Positions 39,791-49,288 of a stretch of 64,000 bases of DNA are shown piece by piece (position 1 is the first letter of the stretch; every line of letters begins with the position of its first letter). The stretch is from Deltaproteobacteria bacterium (GTDB taxonomy: Bacteria; Desulfobacterota; RBG-13-43-22). The notes beneath the pieces were generated by a model that was not told the origin of the DNA, ran no database searches, and saw only the letters and a program-made list of their open reading frames with translations. Both the position numbers and the translations under genes were made by a program. The DNA lies in the NCBI GenBank assembly GCA_016219225.1, contig JACRBX010000047.1, positions 3,846-67,845 of the forward strand, read 5' to 3'.

Positions 39791-40567
39791 TTGGCAGAAC
39801 CTCTTTTACGGATTGAAGGCTTAAAAAAGGCCTTTGGTGGCTTGATGGCCATTGTCGATTTGTCTTTTGAGGTCCGTCCCGGGCAGATCAAATCGATCAT
39901 CGGTCCCAATGGGGCCGGGAAAACCACCCTTTTCAACCTGATTACCGGAGTGTATCCGGTCTCCGAAGGGCGCATCTTTTTCCAGGGCGGAGATATTACC
40001 GGCCAGAAGCCCTATCTGATTGCCGGGTTGGGGATCTCCCGGACGTTTCAGACCGTTGAACTGTTTGGAAACATGACCGTTCTGGAAAATATCATGGTGG
40101 GTTGTCACTGTCGGTTTAACAGCGGCTTGCTGGCTTCCGGCCTTCGTCTACCCCGCATGAAAAAGCAGGAGACCGAGATCCTTCAAAATTCCCTCAACTT
40201 ATTGGAGATGGCCGGGCTTTCTGCCAAAGCCCACCTCCCCTCGACCAGCCTTCCCTTAGGGGAACAAAAAACCCTGGAAGTCCTTCGCGCCCTGGCCACC
40301 GAACCGACCCTGATCCTGCTGGATGAACCGGCTGCCGGACTCAATGAATCGGAAACCCAGAGGATGTCGGAACTGATTTATGCTATCCGGGACAGCGGGA
40401 AAACTATTCTGCTGGTTGAACATGATATGAGTCTGGTGATGAAGGTTTCCGACGAAATCGTGGCGATTAATTACGGCCAGAAGATTGCCGAAGGACCGCC
40501 GGAATTTATTCAGAACGATTCCAAAGTGATTGAGGCTTACTTGGGCGGAGAGATGGAATATGCTTGA
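39791..40567 (+). CDS. ABC transporter ATP-binding protein (LivG-like)
   Basis: GPNGAGKTT Walker A. Confidence 0.85.
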   Translation: MAEPLLRIEGLKKAFGGLMAIVDLSFEVRPGQIKSIIGPNGAGKTTLFNLITGVYPVSEGRIFFQGGDITGQKPYLIAGLGISRTFQTVELFGNMTVLENIMVGCHCRFNSGLLASGLRLPRMKKQETEILQNSLNLLEMAGLSAKAHLPSTSLPLGEQKTLEVLRALATEPTLILLDEPAAGLNESETQRMSELIYAIRDSGKTILLVEHDMSLVMKVSDEIVAINYGQKIAEGPPEFIQNDSKVIEAYLGGEMEYA

Positions 40568-41273
40568 TCTGAAGGGGGTTAATGCGTTCTATGGAACGAT
40601 TCAAGCCTTAAAAAACGTCTCCATCAAAGTGGGGGACGGAGATATTGTTACCATCATCGGAGCCAATGGGGCCGGGAAAACCACATTACTGAAAGCCATA
40701 TCGGGGGTGATTCAAAACAGGAGCGGAACGATACGCTATCAGGATATTAATATCATCCACCATTCCCCGGTAAAAATTGTTGCCCTGGGGATTTCCCAGG
40801 TCCCGGAAGGCCGTCAGTTGTTTGCCCACTTGACCGTATTGGACAATTTGCATCTGGGGGCCTATCTGTATCATAATCGGAAATTCAAGAACGAGATCGA
40901 AGAAAAACTGGATTGGGTGTTTAATTTATTCCCCGTTCTGAAGAAGCGGGCCAAGCAATTGGCTGGAACCATGAGCGGAGGGGAACAACAGATGGTGGCT
41001 ATTGCCCGGGCCTTGATGTCCCGTCCAAAACTCCTCCTTCTGGATGAACCCTCCATGGGCCTGGCCCCTCTGGTGGTACACGAAATTTTTAAAGTCATCC
41101 GGCGACTGAATGAGCAAGGAACGACTATCCTGCTGGTGGAGCAAAATGCCCGGGCTGCTTTACAGATCGCCGGATACGGTTATGTCCTGGAAACCGGCAC
41201 CGTAGCCCTGGAAGGCCCGGCCCAGGAACTTCTGGCTGATGAAAAAGTCCGTCATGCGTATCTGGGGAAATAG
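40560..41273 (+). CDS. ABC transporter ATP-binding protein (LivF-like)
   Basis: GANGAGKTT Walker A, MSGGEQQM signature; start chosen at the ATGCTTGA overlap (MLDLKG). Confidence 0.85.
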   Translation: MLDLKGVNAFYGTIQALKNVSIKVGDGDIVTIIGANGAGKTTLLKAISGVIQNRSGTIRYQDINIIHHSPVKIVALGISQVPEGRQLFAHLTVLDNLHLGAYLYHNRKFKNEIEEKLDWVFNLFPVLKKRAKQLAGTMSGGEQQMVAIARALMSRPKLLLLDEPSMGLAPLVVHEIFKVIRRLNEQGTTILLVEQNARAALQIAGYGYVLETGTVALEGPAQELLADEKVRHAYLGK

Positions 41274-41305
41274 ACTCCCCTGAGAAACATCACGGTGTAA
41301 GCCCT

Positions 41306-41544
41306 CATGCCCGCACGAACACCACGAAACATGAAAATGCGAATATCGAATATCGAATATCGAATCATGAATATCGAAGGAGAGTTTCCTTTTAATTCCG
41401 AAATCCGAAATCTAAAATCCGAAATCGGAATATATTTTCGTACTAAGCCCCCATGCCTGTTTTGTAGGCCACGAACAATGAAAATGGGTTTCGCCGAACG
41501 CCGAACGCTTAACGCCGAACGTTTTTTTCGTACTAACTCCCATG
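41306..41544. repeat. Tandemly duplicated ~100-150-nt leader unit with three different embedded 7-mer arrays (ATCGAAT, TCCGAAA, GCCGAAC); the hdrL ATG lies inside the unit's terminal motif
   Basis: Each unit runs catgccYg ... cacgaaNcaNtgaaaatgNg ... 7-mer array ... tttcgtactaaScccatg; the second unit ends with the hdrL start codon. Confidence 0.6.
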
Positions 41545-44500
41545 AATCAAACCGTAGACCATAAAATTGGAGCCGTATTAATTGCCGGGGCCGGTATATC
41601 CGGCATGCAATCGGCCCTGGATCTGGCCAATGCGGGCTTTAAGGTCTATCTGGTAGAGAAGAACATCAGCATTGGCGGGGTTATGGCCCAGTTGGACAAG
41701 ACCTTTCCGACCAACGACTGTTCCACTTGTATGATTTCCCCTAAATTGATCGAAGTAGCCGGTAACCCCAATATCGAAATTATAACCCGGACCCGGATAA
41801 AAGGGATCGAGGGAGAACCGGGGAATTTTACCGTTGCTTTATATCGGGAACCCCGATTGATCAAGGAAGAGGCCTGCACCGGATGCGGAGAATGTATTAA
41901 GGCCTGTCCCGTCGAAGTCCCGGCCGATTTTAATCTTGGGCTCAACCGCCGGAAGGCCATTTACCGACATTTTCCACAAGCCGTACCTTCGGCCTTTGCC
42001 ATCGACCGGCGGGGTACCTCTCCCTGCAAGGCCGCCTGCCCGGCTCACATCAGCGTCCAGGGCTATGTGGCCCTGATTGCCCAGGGAAAGTTTGCCGAAG
42101 CCCTGAATCTCATTCGGCAGGAAAACCCCCTGCCTTTTGTCTGCGGTTATGTTTGTACCCATCCCTGCGAAGAAGCCTGTTTGCGACAAGAGGTGGATGC
42201 CTCGGTAGCCATCCGGGACCTCAAGCGCTTTGTGGCCGATTATGAGAGAAATCAAGAACCGGTAAGGCTTCCCCTGGTGGAAGGGAAAAAGCCCCGGAAG
42301 ATAGCCGTTGTTGGCTCCGGGCCGGCCGGGCTGACCTGCGCCTATTATCTAACTTTACAGGGATATTCCGTAGAGGTTTTTGAGGCCTTGCCCGTGGCCG
42401 GGGGCATGTTGACCGTCGGGATTCCCACCTACCGCTTGCCCAAAGAGGTGGTGGCAAGGGAAATTAAGGCCATTGAAGGCCTGGGGGTCCGAATTCATTT
42501 GAATGCACCAATTGGGCCTGATCATACTCTGGCAGATCTCAAAGAGAAGGGATTTGAGGCCGTTTTTATCGGTGTCGGGGCCCATCAAGGGATTCGTTTA
42601 GGGCTTGAAGGGGAAGACCTGGAAGGTGTGGTGGCCGGAGTGGATTTCCTCAGGCGGACAGCCCTGGGTCAACAGAAATCGTTGGGGAAAAAGATAGCCG
42701 TCATAGGCGGCGGCAATGTGGCCATCGATTCCGTACGGACCGCCCTGAGGATGGGGGCCGAAGAGGCCATGGTCCTTTACCGGCGGACCCGGGAGGAAAT
42801 GCCGGCCTACGAAGAAGAAATTGAAGAGGCCCTTGAGGAAGGGGTGTCCATCCATTACCTGACCGCCCCGATGAAATTTATTGGAGATGAAGGGGGCAAG
42901 CTTAAAGCCATTGAATGTCTTAAAATGGAGTTGGGTGATCCGGATGCCTCGGGCCGACGGAGACCGGTACCCATCGAAGGTTCCCTTTTTACGATTCCCG
43001 TAGACGGGGTGATTACGGCCGTCAGCCAACAACCAGAGATGGAAAAGCTGAAGCTTCCAGCAGGCGTTAAGGTTTCTCCCTTTGGGACCCTGGAGGTCGA
43101 TCCGGTTACCTTTCAGACCGACCTTCCCTGGGTTTTTGCCGGTGGAGATGCGGTTTCCGGGCCAAAGACGGTTATCGAGGCCATAGCCGCAGGCAAGGAA
43201 GCGGCTCTTTCCATTGATCGTTTTTTACAAGGGAAGGATCTGGCCGCGGACCGGGAGAAAATTTTCGAACCGGCCCGGCCGGATATTCAGGGTATAGCCA
43301 AATCCCCTCGTTGTAAACCCCGGCGAACCGATCCCAACAGACGCCGGACCCGATTTGAAGAAGTGGTCCAGGTCATGACCGAAGAGGAAGCCCGGACGGA
43401 AGCGGCCCGCTGTCTGGCCTGCGGAATCTGTTCCGAGTGCTATCAATGCCTCGAGGCCTGCAAGCCCGGGGCTATCGATCATGCCATGAAAGGAGAGGAT
43501 ATTTCTCTTCAGGTGGGGGCGGTTATTTTATCTCCCGGGTTTGAAATCTTTGATGCCCGTCTTAAAGGAGAATACGGTTACGGCCGATATCCCAATGTCT
43601 TGACCAGTTTGGAATTCGAACGCCTCCTTTCGGCCTCCGGTCCCTTTATGGGTCATATCCAGCGGCCTTCAGACGCTCAGGAACCCCGGAGGGTGGCCTG
43701 GATCCAGTGTGTCGGCTCCAGGGATGCCTCCATCAACCAGGATTACTGTTCCTATGTCTGCTGTATGGTTGCTACCAAGCAGGCCGTTATTGCCAAAGAA
43801 CATTTGCCTTCTCTGGAACCGACGATTTTTTTTATCGACCTGAGGGCCCAAGGCAAAGGCTTTGACCGTTATTATGAACGGGCCAGGCATGAGCATGGGG
43901 TCCGCTATGTGCGCAGTATGATTTCCCGGGTGGTGGAGCATCCCAAGACCCACGATTTAATCATCTCCTATATTGATGAGAACAATGCTTTCCAGAATGA
44001 GGAATTCGACCTGGTAATCCTTTCGGTAGGCCTCAAGCCCCATTCCGAATCCCGGCAGCTCGCCCGGATATTAGATATCCGGACCGATCGCTTTGGTTTC
44101 AGCCAGGCGCCGCCTTTTAATGCGCTGGGAACTTCTCAACCGGGAATTTTTGCCAGCGGTGTCTTTCAAAACCCCAAGGATATTCCGGAGACGGTAACCC
44201 AGGCCAGCGGTGCAGCCGGGGAAGCGGCCGCCTTGCTCTCGGGGGCCCGGGGCACGAAGATCAGGGAATTGGTCTTTCCGGAAGAACGGACGGTGGCCGG
44301 GGAAGAACCGAAGATCGGGGTGCTGATCTGCCATTGCGGCATCAATATCGCCGGGGTGGTGGATGTGGATCAGGTGACGGAATATGCCAAAACCCTGCCC
44401 CAGGTTGTTTATGCCGATCACTTCCTTTTTACCTGTTCGACGGACAGCCAGGAACGGATGCAGCAAATCATAAAAGAACAGGGCTTGAACCGGGTTATCG

Positions 44501-45963
44501 TGGCCTCCTGTTCCCCCCGGACCCACGAAGGTTTATTTCAAGATACGCTGCGCAAGGCCGGACTGAATAAATACCTCTTTGAGATGGCCAATATCCGTGA
44601 CCAATGCTCCTGGGTCCATCAGAGCGAACCGGGGCTGGCCACGGAAAAGGCCAAGGATCTGGTGCGCATGGCCGTGGCCCGGGCCGGGCGTTTGGAATCC
44701 CTTTATGACCGTCCGCTCGATGTAATCCAAAAGGGCCTGGTCCTAGGCGGGGGTGTGGCCGGGATGACGGCGGCCCTCAACCTGGCCGAACAGGGATTCG
44801 AGACCTGCCTGATCGAACAATCCGATCGGTTGGGTGGCCAGGCTTTGAGACTGCATCAGACCCTGGAAGAAAGGGGTGTGCAGGATTATGTGGGCCGGTT
44901 GATTAAACAGGTAACCGAACATGCCGGGATTCAGGTCTATACCGAAAGCCAGGTCCTGGACATGAAAGGGTCTATCGGCCAATTTACGAGTACTATTGCA
45001 AAAAACGGGGAAAAGGTCTCGATTGACCACGGCGTGGCTATTGTGGCAACCGGGGCCTCGGAGTATCTGCCGAAAGAGTATCTGTTTGGGAAGCATCCCG
45101 GTGTGGTCACCCAACTGGAATTCCAGGACTGGCTTTTTCAGCAACCGGAAAAAATCCAGGGGGCTAAGCAGGTCGTCATGATCCAATGTGTGGGTTCCCG
45201 GGAAGAAGAGCATCCCTACTGCAGTCGGGTTTGTTGTTCCACGGCGGTGGCCAATGCCTTAAGGATCAAGGAAATCAGCCCGAAAACCGAGGTTATTATC
45301 CTGTACCGGGATATGCGGACGTACGGCCGGAAAGAGCTCTATTATAAACAGGCCAGGGAGGCCGGCGTCCGGTTTATCCGCTTTGATTTTGAAGTCAAAC
45401 CCGAAGTCGTGGAAGAAGGAGGCGGCTTGAAGGTCACGGTTATGGACCAAAGCCTTAAAGCCTACCTCATCCTTAGGCCGGATTATCTGGCCCTTTCAGC
45501 GGCCATACGCCCGGCCCCGGAAATTAAAAATCTGGCCACAACGCTGAAACTCCCGCTGGATGCCGATGGTTTTTTCCTGGAGGCTCATATTAAACTGAGA
45601 CCCTTGGACTTTGCCAATGCCGGGATGTTTCTCTGCGGTCTGGGGCACGGCCCTAAATCCCTGGAAGAAAGCATTGTCCAGGCTAAAGGGGCCGCAGCCC
45701 GGTCAGCCACGATCCTGGGCCAGAAACAGATTCAGGTCGGCGGTAAGACGGCTGTGGTGGATGAAGAGTTATGCATCGCTTGTCTGACCTGTGTCCGGGT
45801 GTGTCCTTTTGGGGTTCCCATGATCAATGAACGCCATTTTGCTGAAATGAACCCGGCCGCCTGCCAGGGATGCGGGAACTGCGCCACGGCCTGTCCCCAG
45901 GGGGCCATTCAGGTAGGCCATTCCAAGGACGAACAGTTTATAGCTTTATTGGAGGCGTGTTGA
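41542..45963 (+). CDS. HdrL-type giant flavoprotein: HdrA N-terminus + 2x[4Fe-4S] ferredoxin + GltD/NfnB-like NAD(P)H domain + second HdrA-like module
   Basis: GAGISGMQSALDLA (HdrA FAD site); CxxCxxCxxxCP ferredoxin motifs; KIAVVGSGPAGLTCAYYL...GGMLTVGIPTYRLP (GltD-like); two CVGSRD..CSxVCC Cys clusters; second Rossmann VLGGGVAGMTAAL. Confidence 0.75.
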   Translation: MNQTVDHKIGAVLIAGAGISGMQSALDLANAGFKVYLVEKNISIGGVMAQLDKTFPTNDCSTCMISPKLIEVAGNPNIEIITRTRIKGIEGEPGNFTVALYREPRLIKEEACTGCGECIKACPVEVPADFNLGLNRRKAIYRHFPQAVPSAFAIDRRGTSPCKAACPAHISVQGYVALIAQGKFAEALNLIRQENPLPFVCGYVCTHPCEEACLRQEVDASVAIRDLKRFVADYERNQEPVRLPLVEGKKPRKIAVVGSGPAGLTCAYYLTLQGYSVEVFEALPVAGGMLTVGIPTYRLPKEVVAREIKAIEGLGVRIHLNAPIGPDHTLADLKEKGFEAVFIGVGAHQGIRLGLEGEDLEGVVAGVDFLRRTALGQQKSLGKKIAVIGGGNVAIDSVRTALRMGAEEAMVLYRRTREEMPAYEEEIEEALEEGVSIHYLTAPMKFIGDEGGKLKAIECLKMELGDPDASGRRRPVPIEGSLFTIPVDGVITAVSQQPEMEKLKLPAGVKVSPFGTLEVDPVTFQTDLPWVFAGGDAVSGPKTVIEAIAAGKEAALSIDRFLQGKDLAADREKIFEPARPDIQGIAKSPRCKPRRTDPNRRRTRFEEVVQVMTEEEARTEAARCLACGICSECYQCLEACKPGAIDHAMKGEDISLQVGAVILSPGFEIFDARLKGEYGYGRYPNVLTSLEFERLLSASGPFMGHIQRPSDAQEPRRVAWIQCVGSRDASINQDYCSYVCCMVATKQAVIAKEHLPSLEPTIFFIDLRAQGKGFDRYYERARHEHGVRYVRSMISRVVEHPKTHDLIISYIDENNAFQNEEFDLVILSVGLKPHSESRQLARILDIRTDRFGFSQAPPFNALGTSQPGIFASGVFQNPKDIPETVTQASGAAGEAAALLSGARGTKIRELVFPEERTVAGEEPKIGVLICHCGINIAGVVDVDQVTEYAKTLPQVVYADHFLFTCSTDSQERMQQIIKEQGLNRVIVASCSPRTHEGLFQDTLRKAGLNKYLFEMANIRDQCSWVHQSEPGLATEKAKDLVRMAVARAGRLESLYDRPLDVIQKGLVLGGGVAGMTAALNLAEQGFETCLIEQSDRLGGQALRLHQTLEERGVQDYVGRLIKQVTEHAGIQVYTESQVLDMKGSIGQFTSTIAKNGEKVSIDHGVAIVATGASEYLPKEYLFGKHPGVVTQLEFQDWLFQQPEKIQGAKQVVMIQCVGSREEEHPYCSRVCCSTAVANALRIKEISPKTEVIILYRDMRTYGRKELYYKQAREAGVRFIRFDFEVKPEVVEEGGGLKVTVMDQSLKAYLILRPDYLALSAAIRPAPEIKNLATTLKLPLDADGFFLEAHIKLRPLDFANAGMFLCGLGHGPKSLEESIVQAKGAAARSATILGQKQIQVGGKTAVVDEELCIACLTCVRVCPFGVPMINERHFAEMNPAACQGCGNCATACPQGAIQVGHSKDEQFIALLEAC

Positions 45964-45967
45964 AAGA

Positions 45968-46146
45968 AAGGTGTAAGGTACAAGGTATAAGGTGTAAGGT
46001 AAAACCGTTCGGCGAACATTAAATGTTCAGTGTGCGTCAATCAACCCATTTAAACCTGACATCTTGAACCTGGGCTAACTATTGGGGGAAGGTGTAAGAC
46101 ACACGGTTGGTTTTACCTTGAACCTTGAACCATGTACCTTGCACCG
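45968..46146. repeat. Inverted pair of AAGGTNN 7-mer arrays around a ~100-nt spacer (which contains the palindrome gaacattaaatgttc)
   Basis: aaggtgtaaggtacaaggtataaggtgtaaggtaaaacc ... ggttttaccttgaaccttgaaccatgtaccttgcacc. Confidence 0.7.
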
Positions 46147-46156
46147 TTAATTTATT

Positions 46157-46573
46157 ATGTTTGAATCATTCGAACCTAAAATCATTGCCATGGTCTGTAC
46201 CTATTGTACCTATACGGCGGCTGATATGGCCGGGTCCATGAGATTGCAATATCCCTGGAATGTGCGGATTGTCAAATATCTTTGTACCGGCAAGATCGAT
46301 ATTCAGCACATCTTGAAAGTCTTTGAAAAAGGGGCTGATGCCATCCTGGTCGGCGGCTGAGAAATCGGCGACTGCCATTTCCTGGAAGGAAATCTAAGAG
46401 CCAAAGAACGAGTGGAATATGCTAAAGAACTGTTGAAAGAAATCGGTCTGGAACCCGGGCGACTCGAGATGTTCCACATCGGGGCCTCCGATGCTCCGGC
46501 CTGGGCCAAAGCCGTGACGGAGATGACCAACAGGGCCAGGGATCTGGGGGCGAACCCACTTAAAAGATATTAG
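46157..46573 (+). CDS. mvhD: MvhD-like [2Fe-2S] hydrogenase delta-subunit homolog, selenocysteine-containing (in-frame UGA at 46358-46360)
   Basis: The ORF stops at TGA in GADAILVGG-TGA-EIGDCHF, exactly where MvhD has the conserved Cys of G-C-x-x-GDCHY; translation continues in frame for 70 more codons with the conserved MvhD C-terminus (GNLRAKERVEYAKELLKEIGLEPGRLE) to TAG 46571-46573; hairpin atttcc-tggaa-ggaaat at 46377-46393. Confidence 0.7.
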
Positions 46574-46627
46574 ACAGGATTAACAGGATCCTATTAGATA
46601 ATATTTTTCATAGGTAAAGGATTTTGA

Positions 46628-47311
46628 ATGATCATTGCCAGTCGTAAACCTTTTGAAGAAATCAAAAAGAGTTTAACGCCTTATCAAAATATTCTGGTTG
46701 TGGGTTGCGGGACCTGTGTGGCCGTTTGTCTGGCCGGGGGGAAAAAAGAGGTCGGTCTCTTAGCCAGCCAGCTCAAGATGAGTTTTGGAATAGACCAGAA
46801 AAAGGTGCATATAACGGAAGAAACCCTGGAACGTCAATGTGATCGGGAATTCCTGGAGATGATTCGGGACAAAGTCAAAGACACCGATTGTCTACTTTCT
46901 TTGGCCTGCGGTGCCGGAGTCCAGTTTTTGGCCGAAACCTACTCTGAAAAGGCGGTTTTCCCAGGGGTAAATACAACCTTTATCGGCGTGGCCGAGGCGG
47001 CAGGATTATGGACCGAGCGCTGTCGGGCCTGCGGTGACTGCCTGCTGGCCGTGACCGGCGGGATCTGTCCCCGAACCACCTGCACCAAGGGGCTTAATAA
47101 CGGTCCCTGCGGAGGCATGATCGAGGGAAAATGTGAAGTGGACCCTGAGCGGTCATGTGCCTGGGTTTCCATCTATGATCGGCTGGCCAGGGAAGGACGG
47201 CTCACCCAGATCGAATCCATGCGCCCTCCCGCTGACTTTCGCCGCCGGACCAAACCCGGAAAGGTCCATCATCCGGCTTATCTGAGGAGGTATCATGCCG
47301 GGTCCAAATAA
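46628..47311 (+). CDS. metV: methylene-THF reductase-associated zinc-ribbon/FeS protein (MetV-like)
   Basis: Cys-rich (CGTCVAVC, CRACGDC, CPRTTCTKGLNNGPCGG); directly upstream of and overlapping metF. Confidence 0.65.
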   Translation: MIIASRKPFEEIKKSLTPYQNILVVGCGTCVAVCLAGGKKEVGLLASQLKMSFGIDQKKVHITEETLERQCDREFLEMIRDKVKDTDCLLSLACGAGVQFLAETYSEKAVFPGVNTTFIGVAEAAGLWTERCRACGDCLLAVTGGICPRTTCTKGLNNGPCGGMIEGKCEVDPERSCAWVSIYDRLAREGRLTQIESMRPPADFRRRTKPGKVHHPAYLRRYHAGSK

Positions 47312-48176
47312 GTTTGCCGAAGGATTACGATCCGGGACTTTTATGGTGACCTGCGAGTTGGATCCGCCGAAGGGAACCGATCCAACAAAAGCAAAAAAGA
47401 TAATGGATCTCCTTAAAGACAAGGTACAGGCCGTAGTGGTTTCCGATAATCCGCAGGCCCGAATGCACATGGCCCCCATCGGATTTTGCCGTTATCTCCT
47501 GGATCAGGGCATCGAACCGGTCATGACCATCACCTGCCGGGACCGTAATCGCCTGGCCTTGCAATCCGATCTTTTGGCGGCCGTGGGGCTCGGCATTCAA
47601 AATATATTAGCCGTAACCGGTGATTATATCACCTGGGGCGACCACCCGGAAACCAAACCGGTTTATGATCTGGATTCCGTTCAGTTGATCCGGGCCATTT
47701 CCCTGCTGAATGAAAATAAGAACCTTTCCGGGAATGGGGTTGAAGGGCCATCCCCTTCATTCACCATCGGCGCCGCGGTGACGCTGGCCGGCAACCCGAT
47801 CCTGCCTCAGGTTTTGAAGTTTAGGAAAAAGGTGCAGGCCGGGGCCCATTTTTTTATGAGTCATCCGATTTTTGATCTGGCCGGTGTAGAGGAATTCTTT
47901 AAAGAGAAGAGACCTGACCGGAAAACCCCTTTACTGGCCTCGGTTTGTTTGTTAAATGAGACCCGGATGCGGGAATATGCCCCCGGCAAATACCCCGGTC
48001 TATATATTCCCGAGACTGTTATGAAAAAATTTCGGACCTTAAGTTCGGGAGAATTTCAGGCCGGGATGATGTCCCACACGGTCAGGCTGATTGAAGAGAT
48101 AAAAAAAGACGGCCGCTTCCAGGGGGTCCATTTGATGCTTAACGGCGATGAAGAGCGGATTGTGGAGCTCATTTAA
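47295..48176 (+). CDS. metF: methylenetetrahydrofolate reductase
   Basis: TCELDPPKG N-terminal motif and overall MetF pattern; GGAGG Shine-Dalgarno. Confidence 0.8.
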   Translation: MPGPNKFAEGLRSGTFMVTCELDPPKGTDPTKAKKIMDLLKDKVQAVVVSDNPQARMHMAPIGFCRYLLDQGIEPVMTITCRDRNRLALQSDLLAAVGLGIQNILAVTGDYITWGDHPETKPVYDLDSVQLIRAISLLNENKNLSGNGVEGPSPSFTIGAAVTLAGNPILPQVLKFRKKVQAGAHFFMSHPIFDLAGVEEFFKEKRPDRKTPLLASVCLLNETRMREYAPGKYPGLYIPETVMKKFRTLSSGEFQAGMMSHTVRLIEEIKKDGRFQGVHLMLNGDEERIVELI

Positions 48177-48210
48177 GTTCGGAGTTTTGAGTTCGGAGTT
48201 CGGAGTGAGG
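48177..48210. repeat. GTTCGGA 7-mer array just downstream of metF
   Basis: gttcggagttttgagttcggagttcggagtgagg. Confidence 0.65.
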
Positions 48211-48241
48211 ACTTTGAAATGCAGAAGGAAATAATTACAAG

Positions 48242-49288
48242 GTGAATCCCACTAATTCCAAAGTACTCATCCTCGGCGGCGGCATTGCCGGCCTAACGGC
48301 TGCCCTGGCCCTTGGCCGTTTGAATATACCAGTGGAACTGATCGAAAAATCAGAGGCCCTGGGAGGAATGGCCCGGAATTTTTGTTGTAAGGCCACAGAA
48401 GCCTGCCAGCAATGCGGTGCCTGTCTTATAAATGATGCCCTGGCGGCCTTGACTAAAGAACCCTTTATTGAGATTCATTTGCAAACCGAGTTAACCGCAT
48501 TAAAGATGGAAGCCAAGGAATTTCTCTATACTTATAGCCGCCCTGGGGGGGGCGGCGAGGGAAGGGCCCAGGCCCTTCTCCTGGCAACCGGTTTTACCCC
48601 CTTCAGGGCTGAAGACAAACCCCAGTATCGGTATAAAACCTTGCCCAATGTCCTGACCGGGTTAGATCTGGAAAGACAACTTAAAGACACCGGGAACATC
48701 GTCAGACCATCCGATCGGACCATCCCCCAGTCCATAGCCTTTATTCAATGTGTCGGCAGCAGAGACCTTCATTCAGGACATCCCTATTGTTCTCAGGTTT
48801 GCTGCGGTTATGCCCTGCGCCTGGCCAACCTGATCAAGCATAAGAATCCGGAGATGGCCGTCACTGTTTTTTATATGGACATCCAGACCTTCGGCCAGAA
48901 TTTCCCCCTCTTTATGGAACAAAGCCGAAAGCAAATAACTTTTGTCCGTTCCATTCCCGGCGAAATACAAAAGGGGGAGAACGATCAGGCCGTCTTAACC
49001 TTCCAGAAGGAGACCGGGGCCGGCAGTCAAAAACAAGCCTTTGATCTGGCCGTGCTCTCCATCGGCATCAGACCCGGGCCGGACCATTTGTTTTTAGCGC
49101 AACGATTGGGAATTTCACTAACGCCCGATGGTTTCCTGAGTAAAGACGAAGGGTCTTCCTTCCGGCCGGAAGGGATTTTTTTTGCCGGCACTGTTCAAGG
49201 GCCTAAAGGCATCGAGCGAAGCATTTCCCAGGCCTATCAGGCCGCCGAAGAAGTGGCCGATTATTTGAAAACGAGGTCGAACCAGTGA
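48242..49288 (+). CDS. short HdrA-like FAD-dependent oxidoreductase (lacks the ferredoxin insert)
   Basis: LILGGGIAGLTAA Rossmann motif; FIQCVGSRDLHSGHPYCSQVCC cluster; HdrA C-terminal motif FFAGTVQGPKGIERSISQA. Confidence 0.7.
   Translation: MNPTNSKVLILGGGIAGLTAALALGRLNIPVELIEKSEALGGMARNFCCKATEACQQCGACLINDALAALTKEPFIEIHLQTELTALKMEAKEFLYTYSRPGGGGEGRAQALLLATGFTPFRAEDKPQYRYKTLPNVLTGLDLERQLKDTGNIVRPSDRTIPQSIAFIQCVGSRDLHSGHPYCSQVCCGYALRLANLIKHKNPEMAVTVFYMDIQTFGQNFPLFMEQSRKQITFVRSIPGEIQKGENDQAVLTFQKETGAGSQKQAFDLAVLSIGIRPGPDHLFLAQRLGISLTPDGFLSKDEGSSFRPEGIFFAGTVQGPKGIERSISQAYQAAEEVADYLKTRSNQ

Noticed and set aside
41307-41564. 85-aa ORF across the hdrL leader (MPARTPRNMKMRISNIEYRIMNIEGE...) and the similar ORF 17731-18012 on the minus strand
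   Set aside because: They are translations of the tandem 7-mer repeat arrays. The shared peptide YRIMNIEG simply reflects the shared DNA repeat, not a protein family.
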